DNA from: an uncultured Verrucomicrobiae bacterium | GTDB lineage: Bacteria; Verrucomicrobiota; Verrucomicrobiia; Chthoniobacterales; Chthoniobacteraceae | Direction of reading: 5' to 3' | NCBI GenBank assembly: GCA_963769025.1 | Contig: CAVYKI010000012.1 | Span: 448,001-512,000 of the forward strand | Length of the DNA: 64,000 bases | Shown here: piece after piece, positions 41,020-50,916 of the stretch | Layout of the letters: each line of letters opens with the position of its first letter | Position numbering within the stretch: the first letter of the stretch is position 1 | Position numbers and translations under genes: made by a program | Notes under the pieces: model-generated | Databases searched by the model: none | The model's input: only the letters and a program-made list of their open reading frames with translations | Told to the model about the DNA's origin: nothing

Positions 41020-42816
41020 TTATTTTCTCACTCCATTCCGCTTCTCAAAGGTCGTCTGCCAATCGATTTGTTTTGCCCATTCGCGGTAAGCTTTCTCGAA
41101 CAGACTTCGGTCCGTAAGTTCGACGACGGTCAGGATCCCGAAGCGGCGGGAAGTGACGCCGTGCTCGCTGCCCAACCTGCTCACGAACAGCGTAAACTCC
41201 TGAACCTCCTGCCGGTAGTCGGAAACGATTTTGCGCGACAGCGCGTTGGAATCCGAAGGATCCCCCTCGTACACGATGTAGTTACACTCGAGAATCCGTT
41301 CGATGTTCAACCCCGGATCTCCGGTCCACTCGTTTGCCCTTACGGGCCAGATGAGCATGCTCCGCGGTTTCGAATGGATCCACTTGATGTAGTCCTGATG
41401 GTGCGGCAACTCCGTCGCTATGCCGTCCAAAAAATAGACCTTGAACGACTTTCCCGCCTTTTCAGCGACTTCGATCAAAAAGTCGCCCGCCTTCAGTTCT
41501 TCGGCCCTCTGTCCCACAGTCAGATTGACCCCCAGCAGGCGTTGGGCCGCAACCGGCGGCACGAACAAGGATACGAGAAGGAGCGGTGGAAAGAATAGAT
41601 ACAAACACGTGCATGTGACGAGTCTCGCGGATGCGCCCATCAACAGTTGCCTGAAGATTTCCGGCAAGATCCAGATGAGGAGGATGGCGACAAATGGAAA
41701 ATAGTACCGGGGAATCGTGCCCGGCCCGAGAGCCCACCAAGAAATGCTTGCCACGAGTAGAATCGCGATTCCTATGCCGCGAATCAGGGACGGATTCCAA
41801 AACATTTTCCGAGTGGCGACTGCCAGGCGGACCAACATGAACCCGCCCGCCACAATCAGTCCGATGGAAATGGGCCAGCCGACGACGGACCGCGCAAACT
41901 GCATGGACTGTTTGACCAGGTCCAGCGGATGCATCGCCTTCGAAACCGACGTTGCGACCGAAAACAGTTCCCGTGTTTCGGCTCCCAAATAGGCAGATTG
42001 GAAGCACACCCACAGCACGGCGGAGTAGATCACTCCGCCGATCGCCAGTGCCAATCCTGCAAAGGGCAACGTGCCTAGGCGGTGTTTTCGAGGAGACTCC
42101 CCGTCCTCAGGAACCGCGAAGGAACGCGCGACGACCTCGACGATAAACAATCCCGCCACCGAGGCCATGATGACTATCCCGCCGGGCTTGACGAGCAGCG
42201 AAAATGCGCCGACGAACCATCCGGCGCCCGCCAGCCACAGGCTGCGGGTTCGGGCCGCACTGATGAGCAAGGCTGCCGAGAGCGCGCCAACCGAAGCCAC
42301 GAGAGTGTCCACCATGCCCCATGCCTGCATTGCCCGGTAATCGCCGAAGTCCCGCGGATTCATCTCGCATTGAAAAAACATGGGCAGCGTTCCCAGGAAG
42401 CACACCGCTGCGGAAGCCGCGATCCGTTGACGCACCGACTGGCAAAGCGGCCAAACCACCACTACGAGGGCTGCCATCCAAATCAGAAACGGCACGAATT
42501 GGGATCGGAACAGGTAGGAGCTGACTTTCGGCCTAAACCCGAGCGGGTACAATAACAGCGCCGTTCCTGGAGGCCGGATTGCCGGCGGCGATGCCATGAT
42601 GTTGCCAAATTTTCCCGCCTTGATGTCTTCCCAGACAAACGAGGACTTACAATAGTACTGAAGCGCATCCCCGTAAGGAGGAGCGACCGTCGCTCTCGCC
42701 TTTTGGCGGATGCCGAGGAGGACGGCTACGAAGAAGATGAGGACGATTGCGAGAGGCCAGTGCCGCCGGAGGATTGCCGCCGTGGCATTGCGGAAGGTTT
42801 GGAGCGAGTGGGTCAT
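41020..42816 (-). CDS. Polytopic membrane protein, possibly GT-C fold (~598 aa)
   Basis: About 10-12 hydrophobic segments, YGDALQY in the first loop, RPPG, LLVKP, RYYFP, soluble C-terminal domain. Confidence 0.6.
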   Translation of the reverse strand: MTHSLQTFRNATAAILRRHWPLAIVLIFFVAVLLGIRQKARATVAPPYGDALQYYCKSSFVWEDIKAGKFGNIMASPPAIRPPGTALLLYPLGFRPKVSSYLFRSQFVPFLIWMAALVVVVWPLCQSVRQRIAASAAVCFLGTLPMFFQCEMNPRDFGDYRAMQAWGMVDTLVASVGALSAALLISAARTRSLWLAGAGWFVGAFSLLVKPGGIVIMASVAGLFIVEVVARSFAVPEDGESPRKHRLGTLPFAGLALAIGGVIYSAVLWVCFQSAYLGAETRELFSVATSVSKAMHPLDLVKQSMQFARSVVGWPISIGLIVAGGFMLVRLAVATRKMFWNPSLIRGIGIAILLVASISWWALGPGTIPRYYFPFVAILLIWILPEIFRQLLMGASARLVTCTCLYLFFPPLLLVSLFVPPVAAQRLLGVNLTVGQRAEELKAGDFLIEVAEKAGKSFKVYFLDGIATELPHHQDYIKWIHSKPRSMLIWPVRANEWTGDPGLNIERILECNYIVYEGDPSDSNALSRKIVSDYRQEVQEFTLFVSRLGSEHGVTSRRFGILTVVELTDRSLFEKAYREWAKQIDWQTTFEKRNGVRK

Positions 42817-42853
42817 GGGTTCGATGTCTTCGCGCGCTTTGCGTAAAGGAGGC

Positions 42854-45800
42854 TCATGATACCGGGACTGCGTCATTGCGCCACGTTTCGCACCGGGCGC
42901 GAAACGCGGAGAGGAGCGCTTCGCGTTCACGAGGCGAAGCGGCGAGCGCTTCGGCGCATTCCGCCACGACTTGCGCTCCCTCGAGCCATTCGAGTTCACC
43001 AGGCGGGCGCGTCCTTGCATTCGAAGTGCGCTGCCTCCACCGGTTCAGAGGCCGCGCGTCGAATGCCACCCCGCCGCGCTGGCAAAGCCGGACCCAGAAC
43101 AGCCAGTCCGCGCAGAGTCGAATGGAGTCATCCACAAGATCGACGATGCCTTCGAAGTTTCGGAAGACGACCGCGCTCGCGTTGGGGATGGAATTCTTGA
43201 TGGAGAGTGCCGTGCGGATCTCTTCGGTGCCGGTCGCGGTGAAATCCTCCAGCCAGCGCGTCGGGGACAAATCCGAGGTCCACTCCAACGGCAGCCCGAG
43301 GTCGCGGTCCGCGTCGTCAATCATCCGTGACTGCGCATAGGCGAGGACGGCATCGGGGTCGCGTTGGAGCTTCTGAAGGAGCGCGGCAAGCAGCCCGGGT
43401 TCCGCAGAATCATCGGACTCCGCTATCCAGACAAAATGGCCGCGTGCCATCGCGAGTCCCTTGCGCCACTGCTTGAATGTGGATCCGCTGTTCTCGGCGT
43501 TCAGCACGAGCCGCGTGTGCGGGTGGGTGGCGGCAAACGCGCGCAGGATTTCGCGGCTCCCGTCCGTCGAGGCATCATCGAGGAGGAGGATCTCCATCTC
43601 TTGGATTCCCTGGGCCGCGATGGATTCGAGCCTCCTGGTGAGATACGGTGCGTGGTTGTAGTTGGGAACGATGACGGTGACCAGCGGGTGGGAGTCCGGC
43701 GAAGCAGCGGCCTGCGTTCCGCCGCTGGTGATCGTGGTTGCGAGCTGCGCGATGCGGACTGCGGCAGCAGGTGTGGAATGCTCACGGCGGACTTTTTGCC
43801 GTCCCCGTTCGCCAAGCTGCGCGCGGAGTGACTCATCGGCGGCAAGCTTCCGGACCGCCGCTGCAGCCGCGAGCGTGTCGGCGAATGGAACGATGATGCC
43901 GCATTCCTCCGTCCCCACGAAGTGCGGCATCCCGCCGGCGTCGGCAAAGCACACGACCGGGAGTCCGGCATCCGCGGCTTCGAGGGCGACGAGCGGAAAT
44001 GGGTCTTCGCGTGAAGAGAGCAGGAATATCTGGCCCGCGGGGAAGAGACGGCGCGGATCTGCATGCTGGCCGAGAAAGCGTACGCGCCCGGAGAGCCCGT
44101 GGCGTTCGATTGCCTCGTCCAATGCGCTTTTCTCGTCCGCGGAGCCGCCGCCGATCCACGCAAACCGCAATCTCGGTTCGCTCCGGCATTCCGCGGCGAT
44201 TTCAACGAAAAGGTCCGCTCCTTTGCGCCAGTCGGTTGTCCCGCATCCGAAGACGAGGATGTCGTGCGGGGCTGCGCCAAGTTCCGCCCGGAAGCGGGCC
44301 ACGGCTTCGGTGTCGGCTGCCGGGTACTCCGTATCAATGAACTCATGGATGACCGTGATGCTTTCCGGGGCGACCTGATGGCCCGTCCGGAGGTTGGCAG
44401 CCACGGGATCCGAGGCGGCGATGAAATGCTTCGAGTGCTTCAACGTGGCCTCGAAGATGGGTCCCGGAGCCCATCGTTCGATGGATTTCTGGAGTTCGTG
44501 GACGTGGGTGACGACCGGCACGGCCAGCCATTGAAGTTCCTTCAACAGCGGGCCATTCACGACGGTGTTGGAAATGATGAGCCGCGGCCGGGTGAGGAGC
44601 AACGCGCCGAGCGCGGCCTTTCGCTCCTCCGGAGCCGGGTGATCCGCGAGCACGAGCGTCGGGCAGCATGCTTCGAACTCACTCCGCAGTGGCCCGCCTC
44701 CATTCAGGATGAGGCAAAATGGAAACGGGCGGGAGCGCTTCCACTCGCGGAGCAGTGACAGGAGCACATTCTGGGCGCCGGCGCGCTCGGCGTCATGGCC
44801 GATGATGAGGACGGGCGGAGGCAACTGCGTCGGGGAGGGCAGCAGCGCACGGCGCGTTGCATTGAGCCACGCGAAGCCGTGCCTCGCGTCGGGCTCGAGA
44901 TGGCAGCCTTCCCCCCATTCGTTCCAGGCATTGATGAAGGCGATGCGTTCGTCGCCGCAGTGCTGGAGGCGGGTTTCCTGGACGGTGTGACTGAGCCACG
45001 TGAAGTATTCCTCGGGGCTGGAATTCAGGAAGATCGTACCGCGTTCCCTGGTGCGGGCGGTATTGTCCCACGAGGGCATCACACCATGGAAAAGCCGGTA
45101 TTGGGGCGCCGGTTTGAACATCATCCCCATCGCGATCTGCTGATAGTCGTACAGGGTGCCAGTGAATTGGGGAAAGGCAGCGACGTCCTCGCGGGGCAGC
45201 GCGTGCGCACTCATCGCGTTGGGTGGAAATTCCACCGCGGCATCCAGGCCCAACGGGCGGGGATCCGTGAAACCAAATCCCTGGACACCTGCGAGGTAGA
45301 TTTCGCCCAGACCCTCTGCCCGGCATACCTCGCGCCAGCAACGGAATGTGGCGGCGGGATCCGGCAGGAGCAGCGGGCGGTAGATGAGAAAAAGCGGTCG
45401 CCCGTTCACCCGGATGTAACGGGGATCGCGCATCGCCGGCAAGGTATCGCGGATGAACCGCTCGTCCATTTCCAGCGAATGCTCCTGACCGATGAGGATG
45501 TCGTGCTCCATGCCGTCCCATCGGCGGGTCCAGTTCTCGTTCGCCCAGCAGAGGCAAAAGGGGAAATCCGGGACCCCGCTGCGCAAGAACCGCCTGATGG
45601 GCATATCTAGCAGCCGCGTACCGCCGAACCAGTAGTGGTAAAAACAGAAGCCGTGGATGCCGAAGCGCCTCGCGAGTTCCGCCTGCCGCTGCAGCACCGT
45701 CTCGTCCGAAAGGTCGTAGTAATCGACCGTCGGGTGCGGAACCTGGGGCTGATAGTGCCCCGGGAAATTCGGGCGCCCGGCGCGGACGTTCGTCCATTCG

Positions 45801-48502
45801 GTAAAGCCGTCCCCCCACCAGGCATCATTCTCGGGGATGCGATGATATTGCGGAAGGTAGAAGGCGATCAGACGCACGTCAGGCTCCGGCCAGTTGCTTC
45901 CGGCCTCGGGCTCGTAACTGCACAGGGCCGTACTTGCGCGCTTGGGCGAGGTCACACGGTACGTCGCCAGCAATCTGCCCAGGTCGGCACCACTGCGGAG
46001 ATAATGCGCCAGCGGTTGAATTCCTGCCTCAGCGACATCCGGATTATCCCGCAGGTAATTCCGGGTATTGAAACACGGATGCGGGTCGCGTCCTTCGCGC
46101 CAGCCCGTTTCCATGTAGTGGACAAGCGGGTTCACGCCCGCGGCGGCGACATCCGGATACTGCTTGAGATACCACAGGGTGTCGAAAAGAGGGTTCGGAT
46201 TGCGCCCCTCCGCCAGTCCGTTCCTGAAGAAGTGGATGAGCGGATTTTCACCCGACTTGGCCACGTCCGGGTACTGTTCGAGATACCAGCTCGAATCAAA
46301 GCCCGGGCTCGGGTCGCGCCCCTCCTTTGCTCCGATCCGGAGGTAATGGGTCAGCGGGTTTTGCCCGGACGCGGCGACATCCGGATATTGTTCGAGGTAC
46401 CACCGCGTATGAAAGAGCGGGTTCGGGAAACAGCCCTTCGATGCTCCGTCGCACAGATAGTGCAATACCGGATCCTGCCGACCGCGGCGGGGATCCGGAA
46501 CGCGGGCGAAATACCACCGGCCGTCCATCAGGCGCGACTGGTGGATGAGTTCCCAGTCCTCACGCAGACGGCGCAGCCGCCCACTCAAAGGCAGACGCAG
46601 TGCGCGCGGGAGAAGCCATTCCCGAACCGCGGCGCGGCGCTTGGCGATGCTGCGTTTCAGGCGGCTCATGAAGCGTCCGATCCAGCGCAACGGTGCGGAC
46701 AGCCGCCAGAGCAAGGAGGACTTGATTCCACGCAACTCACCTCCCACGAGGGCCAACTCCCGGCGCGTCCCCTCGAGCGCCTGCTGACGCTCTTCTGCGT
46801 CACGACGGAGTGCCTCGATCGCCCGCTGATGCTCCACCATTTCACCACGCGCAGCATCGAGCGCCCGTTGCCGATCCGCCGTTTCGCCACGCGCCTCCTC
46901 CAGCGCGCGCTGGTGCTCCTCGTTTTCACGGTGCATTGCCTCATCAAGCGCCCGCTGGCGCGCTTCCGCGGTGGCACGGGCTGCGTCACGGTCGCGCTGC
47001 TGCCCCGTCATTTCCCCGCGGGCCGCGTCCAGCGCGCGCCGGCTCTCGGCCGTCTCGTTCCGCGCCATCAACAATTCGCGCGAAGCCCTCGTCGCGTCGC
47101 CCTGCGCGGCGTCCATGGCGGCGCGGGCCTCCGCGTGAAGCCGCTTCCACTGGGCGTCGGCCAACTCGAGCTGCGCATTCCGCGAATTCAGGTTCTCGAT
47201 CAGCGCGGCGAGGCTCTGTTTCTCCGCGGCGAGTGCGTGGAGGCGCCGGAGCAGCCCTCCCAGGGCGGCAGTCACACGGAGGGTTACCTCCAAAGTGCAT
47301 GCGGCACCTTCGAAATCCGGGAGCAGCGGCAGCAGGAGCCGGGGATCGCCATCAGTGGCCAGAAGGATGAGAAGATCCCCCTCGTGGCAGGTCAGCACGC
47401 CCGGGGAGTGTTCGATGCGGCGAAATTCCTCCTCCGACGATGCGTCGTACAGGATGGCATTGTCCGCATCGCGCACGATGCGAATGCCGGCCACTTCCAC
47501 GAGCGCGGGCTGATCGACCACATCGATGCGCAGCCTGTGCCCGCAGTTGGCGTGAAGCTGCTCCAGGTGTTCGAACCTCGCGGTCTGCCACTCATCCGGA
47601 GCGATGAATTTGCGGACGGAAAGCGCCTCGGTGTAGCCGGCCCCCCGGTCGGCGAAGATTTGCACGCAGCAGACATCCTGCGGCCGCGGGTTCTCCTCCG
47701 GCTCGCTCTTATACTCAAAGCTGCCGACCGGAATGCCGGGCAAGGGCGCGTCACCACACAACGCAAGCAAGTAGGTGGGCGACGGCAGCTCTTCGGAGAA
47801 CTCCACGGCCTGAAAGTCCCCGGTGAAAAATCCGTACTTCCGCGATTCAGCGCCATCGTTGCCGAAGACCACCGAGGCATGGGAAACCCGCTGCCCGAGC
47901 AGATGGACGTGCGCGAAATGACTGCGGAGCACCTCCGCAAACTCGGCGCGGGAAAGCTCGAGCTGATGAAACGGATTCGCCGCAGCCAGAGTGGCGTGGT
48001 AATTGGAACGCTCGGGCGTCGAGATGAGCAGTTGCCCTCCTTTGCGCAACACGCGCACCACCTCGGCCAGAAACGGCCCGTGTTCCCGGATGTGCTCGAT
48101 GGTCTCGAAACTCACCACGACATCCACGCTGGCATCCGGCAGAGGGATGGCCGTGCAGGAGCCTTCCAAGAAGTTCAGATTGGCGCGGACGTATCTGCCA
48201 CGGGCGTGGTTGACAGCTTCCGGCGAGACATCCACCCCGACCACCGAGCGTGCGCCGGCGGCCAGCAAGTGGCTGCCGTAGCCTTCGCCGCTGGCGATAT
48301 CGAGCACGTCGCGGCCTGCCACCAGCGCAGTCGCGATCGCGTATCGGTGAAGATGTTCCAATGCGACATCCCCCCTCACCGAGGGAACCAGCCGTTCGCC
48401 CGTCCACGGGAGCCCGTCCGATTCCGGTCCAGACGTCGGCGCCGCCGCAAGTCCCCGCGTATCCTCGGGAATATCTCGGCTATCGAGGTTACGATCATCC
48501 AT
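42854..48502 (-). CDS. 1882-aa multidomain glycan-biosynthesis protein: SAM methyltransferase, beta-rich domain, coiled coil, five 38-aa repeats, WbsX/GH99-like domain, GT4, GT2
   Basis: WTGER..EHLHRY..VLDIASGEGYG; IAFYLPQYH..WWGDGFTEW..CWANENW..NAWNEWGEG; GAQNVLL..WRKGADLF..SREDPFPLVALEA; VIVPNYNH..LDDASTD..WIAESDD. ATG at 48502. Confidence 0.92.
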   Translation of the reverse strand: MDDRNLDSRDIPEDTRGLAAAPTSGPESDGLPWTGERLVPSVRGDVALEHLHRYAIATALVAGRDVLDIASGEGYGSHLLAAGARSVVGVDVSPEAVNHARGRYVRANLNFLEGSCTAIPLPDASVDVVVSFETIEHIREHGPFLAEVVRVLRKGGQLLISTPERSNYHATLAAANPFHQLELSRAEFAEVLRSHFAHVHLLGQRVSHASVVFGNDGAESRKYGFFTGDFQAVEFSEELPSPTYLLALCGDAPLPGIPVGSFEYKSEPEENPRPQDVCCVQIFADRGAGYTEALSVRKFIAPDEWQTARFEHLEQLHANCGHRLRIDVVDQPALVEVAGIRIVRDADNAILYDASSEEEFRRIEHSPGVLTCHEGDLLILLATDGDPRLLLPLLPDFEGAACTLEVTLRVTAALGGLLRRLHALAAEKQSLAALIENLNSRNAQLELADAQWKRLHAEARAAMDAAQGDATRASRELLMARNETAESRRALDAARGEMTGQQRDRDAARATAEARQRALDEAMHRENEEHQRALEEARGETADRQRALDAARGEMVEHQRAIEALRRDAEERQQALEGTRRELALVGGELRGIKSSLLWRLSAPLRWIGRFMSRLKRSIAKRRAAVREWLLPRALRLPLSGRLRRLREDWELIHQSRLMDGRWYFARVPDPRRGRQDPVLHYLCDGASKGCFPNPLFHTRWYLEQYPDVAASGQNPLTHYLRIGAKEGRDPSPGFDSSWYLEQYPDVAKSGENPLIHFFRNGLAEGRNPNPLFDTLWYLKQYPDVAAAGVNPLVHYMETGWREGRDPHPCFNTRNYLRDNPDVAEAGIQPLAHYLRSGADLGRLLATYRVTSPKRASTALCSYEPEAGSNWPEPDVRLIAFYLPQYHRIPENDAWWGDGFTEWTNVRAGRPNFPGHYQPQVPHPTVDYYDLSDETVLQRQAELARRFGIHGFCFYHYWFGGTRLLDMPIRRFLRSGVPDFPFCLCWANENWTRRWDGMEHDILIGQEHSLEMDERFIRDTLPAMRDPRYIRVNGRPLFLIYRPLLLPDPAATFRCWREVCRAEGLGEIYLAGVQGFGFTDPRPLGLDAAVEFPPNAMSAHALPREDVAAFPQFTGTLYDYQQIAMGMMFKPAPQYRLFHGVMPSWDNTARTRERGTIFLNSSPEEYFTWLSHTVQETRLQHCGDERIAFINAWNEWGEGCHLEPDARHGFAWLNATRRALLPSPTQLPPPVLIIGHDAERAGAQNVLLSLLREWKRSRPFPFCLILNGGGPLRSEFEACCPTLVLADHPAPEERKAALGALLLTRPRLIISNTVVNGPLLKELQWLAVPVVTHVHELQKSIERWAPGPIFEATLKHSKHFIAASDPVAANLRTGHQVAPESITVIHEFIDTEYPAADTEAVARFRAELGAAPHDILVFGCGTTDWRKGADLFVEIAAECRSEPRLRFAWIGGGSADEKSALDEAIERHGLSGRVRFLGQHADPRRLFPAGQIFLLSSREDPFPLVALEAADAGLPVVCFADAGGMPHFVGTEECGIIVPFADTLAAAAAVRKLAADESLRAQLGERGRQKVRREHSTPAAAVRIAQLATTITSGGTQAAASPDSHPLVTVIVPNYNHAPYLTRRLESIAAQGIQEMEILLLDDASTDGSREILRAFAATHPHTRLVLNAENSGSTFKQWRKGLAMARGHFVWIAESDDSAEPGLLAALLQKLQRDPDAVLAYAQSRMIDDADRDLGLPLEWTSDLSPTRWLEDFTATGTEEIRTALSIKNSIPNASAVVFRNFEGIVDLVDDSIRLCADWLFWVRLCQRGGVAFDARPLNRWRQRTSNARTRPPGELEWLEGAQVVAECAEALAASPREREALLSAFRARCETWRNDAVPVS
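45971..46540 (-). repeat. Five intragenic 114-bp (38-aa) tandem repeats
   Basis: Consensus PNPLFDTxWYLxQYPDVAxxGxNPLxHYxxxGxxEGR; the first unit is degenerate. Confidence 0.88.
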
Positions 48503-48594
48503 GAAGTGTCCGGAATCACACACCGCGAGGTCCTGTTTTGCAAGATGGCACTTGGTCCCGGCCGCGCCGTTCGATGCCGCGACGCCCTGCGCGC

Positions 48595-49320
48595 TTACGG
48601 GAGGCGCGCGTAGCCGAAGAGTTCGAAATCCCGCTCGAACAGCCGGTTGATTTTCGCGATGGACCTGGCGTGCATGCGATCGACGTAGCGGTAGCCGTGC
48701 GGATTCGCCGCGGCGCCACCTTCGAGGTCGACGACGTTGCAGTTCACCGGAGGCAGGGGGCCGATATCGGCGCGCTCCAAGAACGTCTGGAAATCCGTCT
48801 CGAAATTCTCCACGCGGCCAATGAAGTCCACCGCCTGCCGTCCCGCGATGTGGGTCCAATAATGCGCGGGATGGAGCGGGAAGTTGGTATTGCGGCCCGC
48901 CTCGTAAATCTGCTCATCGCCGACCAGATCAAGCCACTCGTCGAACTGGAACGAAGCACTGTGAAGCTGGGCGGAATTTTCGGCGAGCTGCCTGAGGACC
49001 AGCTCGCGGATCCACGGCTCTGGAAATGCCGCCCCGGGTTGTTCGCGAATGTCTTTCTGGAGCTGCCGAAACCCGGAATAGACGCGGTCGTACGGGTTGC
49101 GCACAAAGGACGCCGCAAAGTAACCGAGCCTGCCCTCAGGCAGGCTCGCAAAATCAGCACAGGTGAGGTGCTGGTGCACTACACGATTCAGGTGCGCATT
49201 GAAGTCGAAGAATGGGGAGTACGGACTCTCGTTGAAGGGGTCCAGGCGCGCTCCCATCGACGAACTCGCCGTTTTCCACGGCTTGAACATCACAAAGCGC
49301 TTCCGGTGGGAAATGATCAT
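48595..49320 (-). CDS. Sulfotransferase family 2 protein
   Basis: MIISH..KPWKTASSS (5'-PSB), FVRNPYDRVYS (3'-PB), DFIGRVENFETDF, DFELFGY. Confidence 0.88.
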   Translation of the reverse strand: MIISHRKRFVMFKPWKTASSSMGARLDPFNESPYSPFFDFNAHLNRVVHQHLTCADFASLPEGRLGYFAASFVRNPYDRVYSGFRQLQKDIREQPGAAFPEPWIRELVLRQLAENSAQLHSASFQFDEWLDLVGDEQIYEAGRNTNFPLHPAHYWTHIAGRQAVDFIGRVENFETDFQTFLERADIGPLPPVNCNVVDLEGGAAANPHGYRYVDRMHARSIAKINRLFERDFELFGYARLP

Positions 49321-49540
49321 GGGGCTGCGCCTTGGAATTCCGAAAAATGGCGTCCACTGCAAGTGTGGATCCGCGAGGCCTTCCGCAGATCACAAGCCTT
49401 CCGCGGCTCGGTGACCTCGCTCCGACTCTTTTTGAAACCGGGACCTTATTGCGCTTCCAACATCCGCGGCCGACACGCAATGATTCGACTGATGCTCCAT
49501 GAACTCGGCGAGTCGCCTGGAATGACAGCCGAGTCCCGCA

Positions 49541-50773
49541 ATGCCTGCTAGCACATCAAATCCCAGCCGCGCCCGGACCCGCTTCGCGAGCCGAATCCTC
49601 GCTGCACTCCTGCTGATGCTCAGCCTGCTCGCGATCGAGGGTGTTTCCCGCCTGCTGTTCCCGCTCCCGGAGGAGACCTCGTTCAACCGCGTCAACTACT
49701 CCGAAATGGCGGGCCTCGGCCGTGCGCACGCTCCGCCGCTGGCAAACGCGTCGTTCGTGTGGTCGTCCGCGCCGGATGGCGTTACATTCCGGCACGACTT
49801 GAACGCATACGGTTTCCGCGATCGCACGTGGCCGCTGCGTCCGGAAGCCGGTCGGCGGCGCATCATGTTTGTGGGCGACAGCTTCCTCGAAGGCTTCATG
49901 GCTGAAAACACCCAGACGATTCCCGCAGGGTTCGAAAATGCGGCCGTGAGAGGCGGCCGCAAATTCGAGGTCATGAATCTCGGTATCGGTGCGACCGGGC
50001 CGAAAGATTACTGCAATCTGATCAGGGATGCGGTGCCGCTCTTCAAGCCGGACTGCCTTGTCATCGTTTTCTACGCGAACGACTTTCCGGGGCGACCGTT
50101 CGACCCCGCGTGGTTCGCTCCGACTTTCACGCCAGACTACCGCAACGCCTGGACACCGCGGCTCTACACTGTCGTCAAACGGCTCCGGTCCCACCAACCG
50201 GTGCCCGTCCGCTTCCGGCGCCCGAGCTTCCCGTTCCTCGCTGCAGTCCCGGACCCGCGGAATCCATGGTCCTCCATCGAAACTGCCGCGGCTTACAAAA
50301 AATTCGTGAGCCCGAAAATCGCCGAAGCCATGCAACGCGGCACTTTCAATCCCTCTGCCGTCAATTTGATCGAACGTGACCGGGTGAACCTGACGGCCAG
50401 CACCGAGATGCACCCGCTTCTGGAAGCGCTGCTCGCCTTTGCAAGAACGCATGCGTGCAAATTGTCGGTCGCCTATGTCCCTTCCGCGAATCAAGTGTCG
50501 GACGCGTATCTTCCGTTTCGGAGCGAGTATTCCGAGAACAAGCATCCCGAATCACTCATGGACGAACGCTACCACCTGCACGCCCGCCTGCTGAAATCTG
50601 CGTGCGCACAGTTGAAAATCCCGTTCCTCGATGTCACCCCGCAACTCCGTGAACGTGAAGCCGCGGGCGGGCGAGTGTACTGGAACTACGACCCGCACAT
50701 GCGGGGTGCCTCCTATCTCATGCTCGGAGAGTTGCTCTACGAGTGGTTCTCCTCGATCGATCCCGGCACCTGA
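49541..50773 (+). CDS. Membrane-anchored SGNH protein (AlgX/AlgJ-like acetyltransferase or esterase)
   Basis: N-terminal TM, NAYGFRD, VGDSF, NLGIGA, YAND, C-terminal YDPH (D-x-H). Confidence 0.8.
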   Translation: MPASTSNPSRARTRFASRILAALLLMLSLLAIEGVSRLLFPLPEETSFNRVNYSEMAGLGRAHAPPLANASFVWSSAPDGVTFRHDLNAYGFRDRTWPLRPEAGRRRIMFVGDSFLEGFMAENTQTIPAGFENAAVRGGRKFEVMNLGIGATGPKDYCNLIRDAVPLFKPDCLVIVFYANDFPGRPFDPAWFAPTFTPDYRNAWTPRLYTVVKRLRSHQPVPVRFRRPSFPFLAAVPDPRNPWSSIETAAAYKKFVSPKIAEAMQRGTFNPSAVNLIERDRVNLTASTEMHPLLEALLAFARTHACKLSVAYVPSANQVSDAYLPFRSEYSENKHPESLMDERYHLHARLLKSACAQLKIPFLDVTPQLREREAAGGRVYWNYDPHMRGASYLMLGELLYEWFSSIDPGT

Positions 50774-50916
50774 CCGGTCGGCGCCGGTTGACCTCGACGC
50801 TGACTTCGGCGCCGCCTGCCCATTCTGCCGCGTTCGAGTGCAGATGACGAACCTATCTGCCTCGCTTTACAGGTAAGCGGGTATCAGTACGAACCCCGGT
50901 TGGGATCCAGCCGTGG

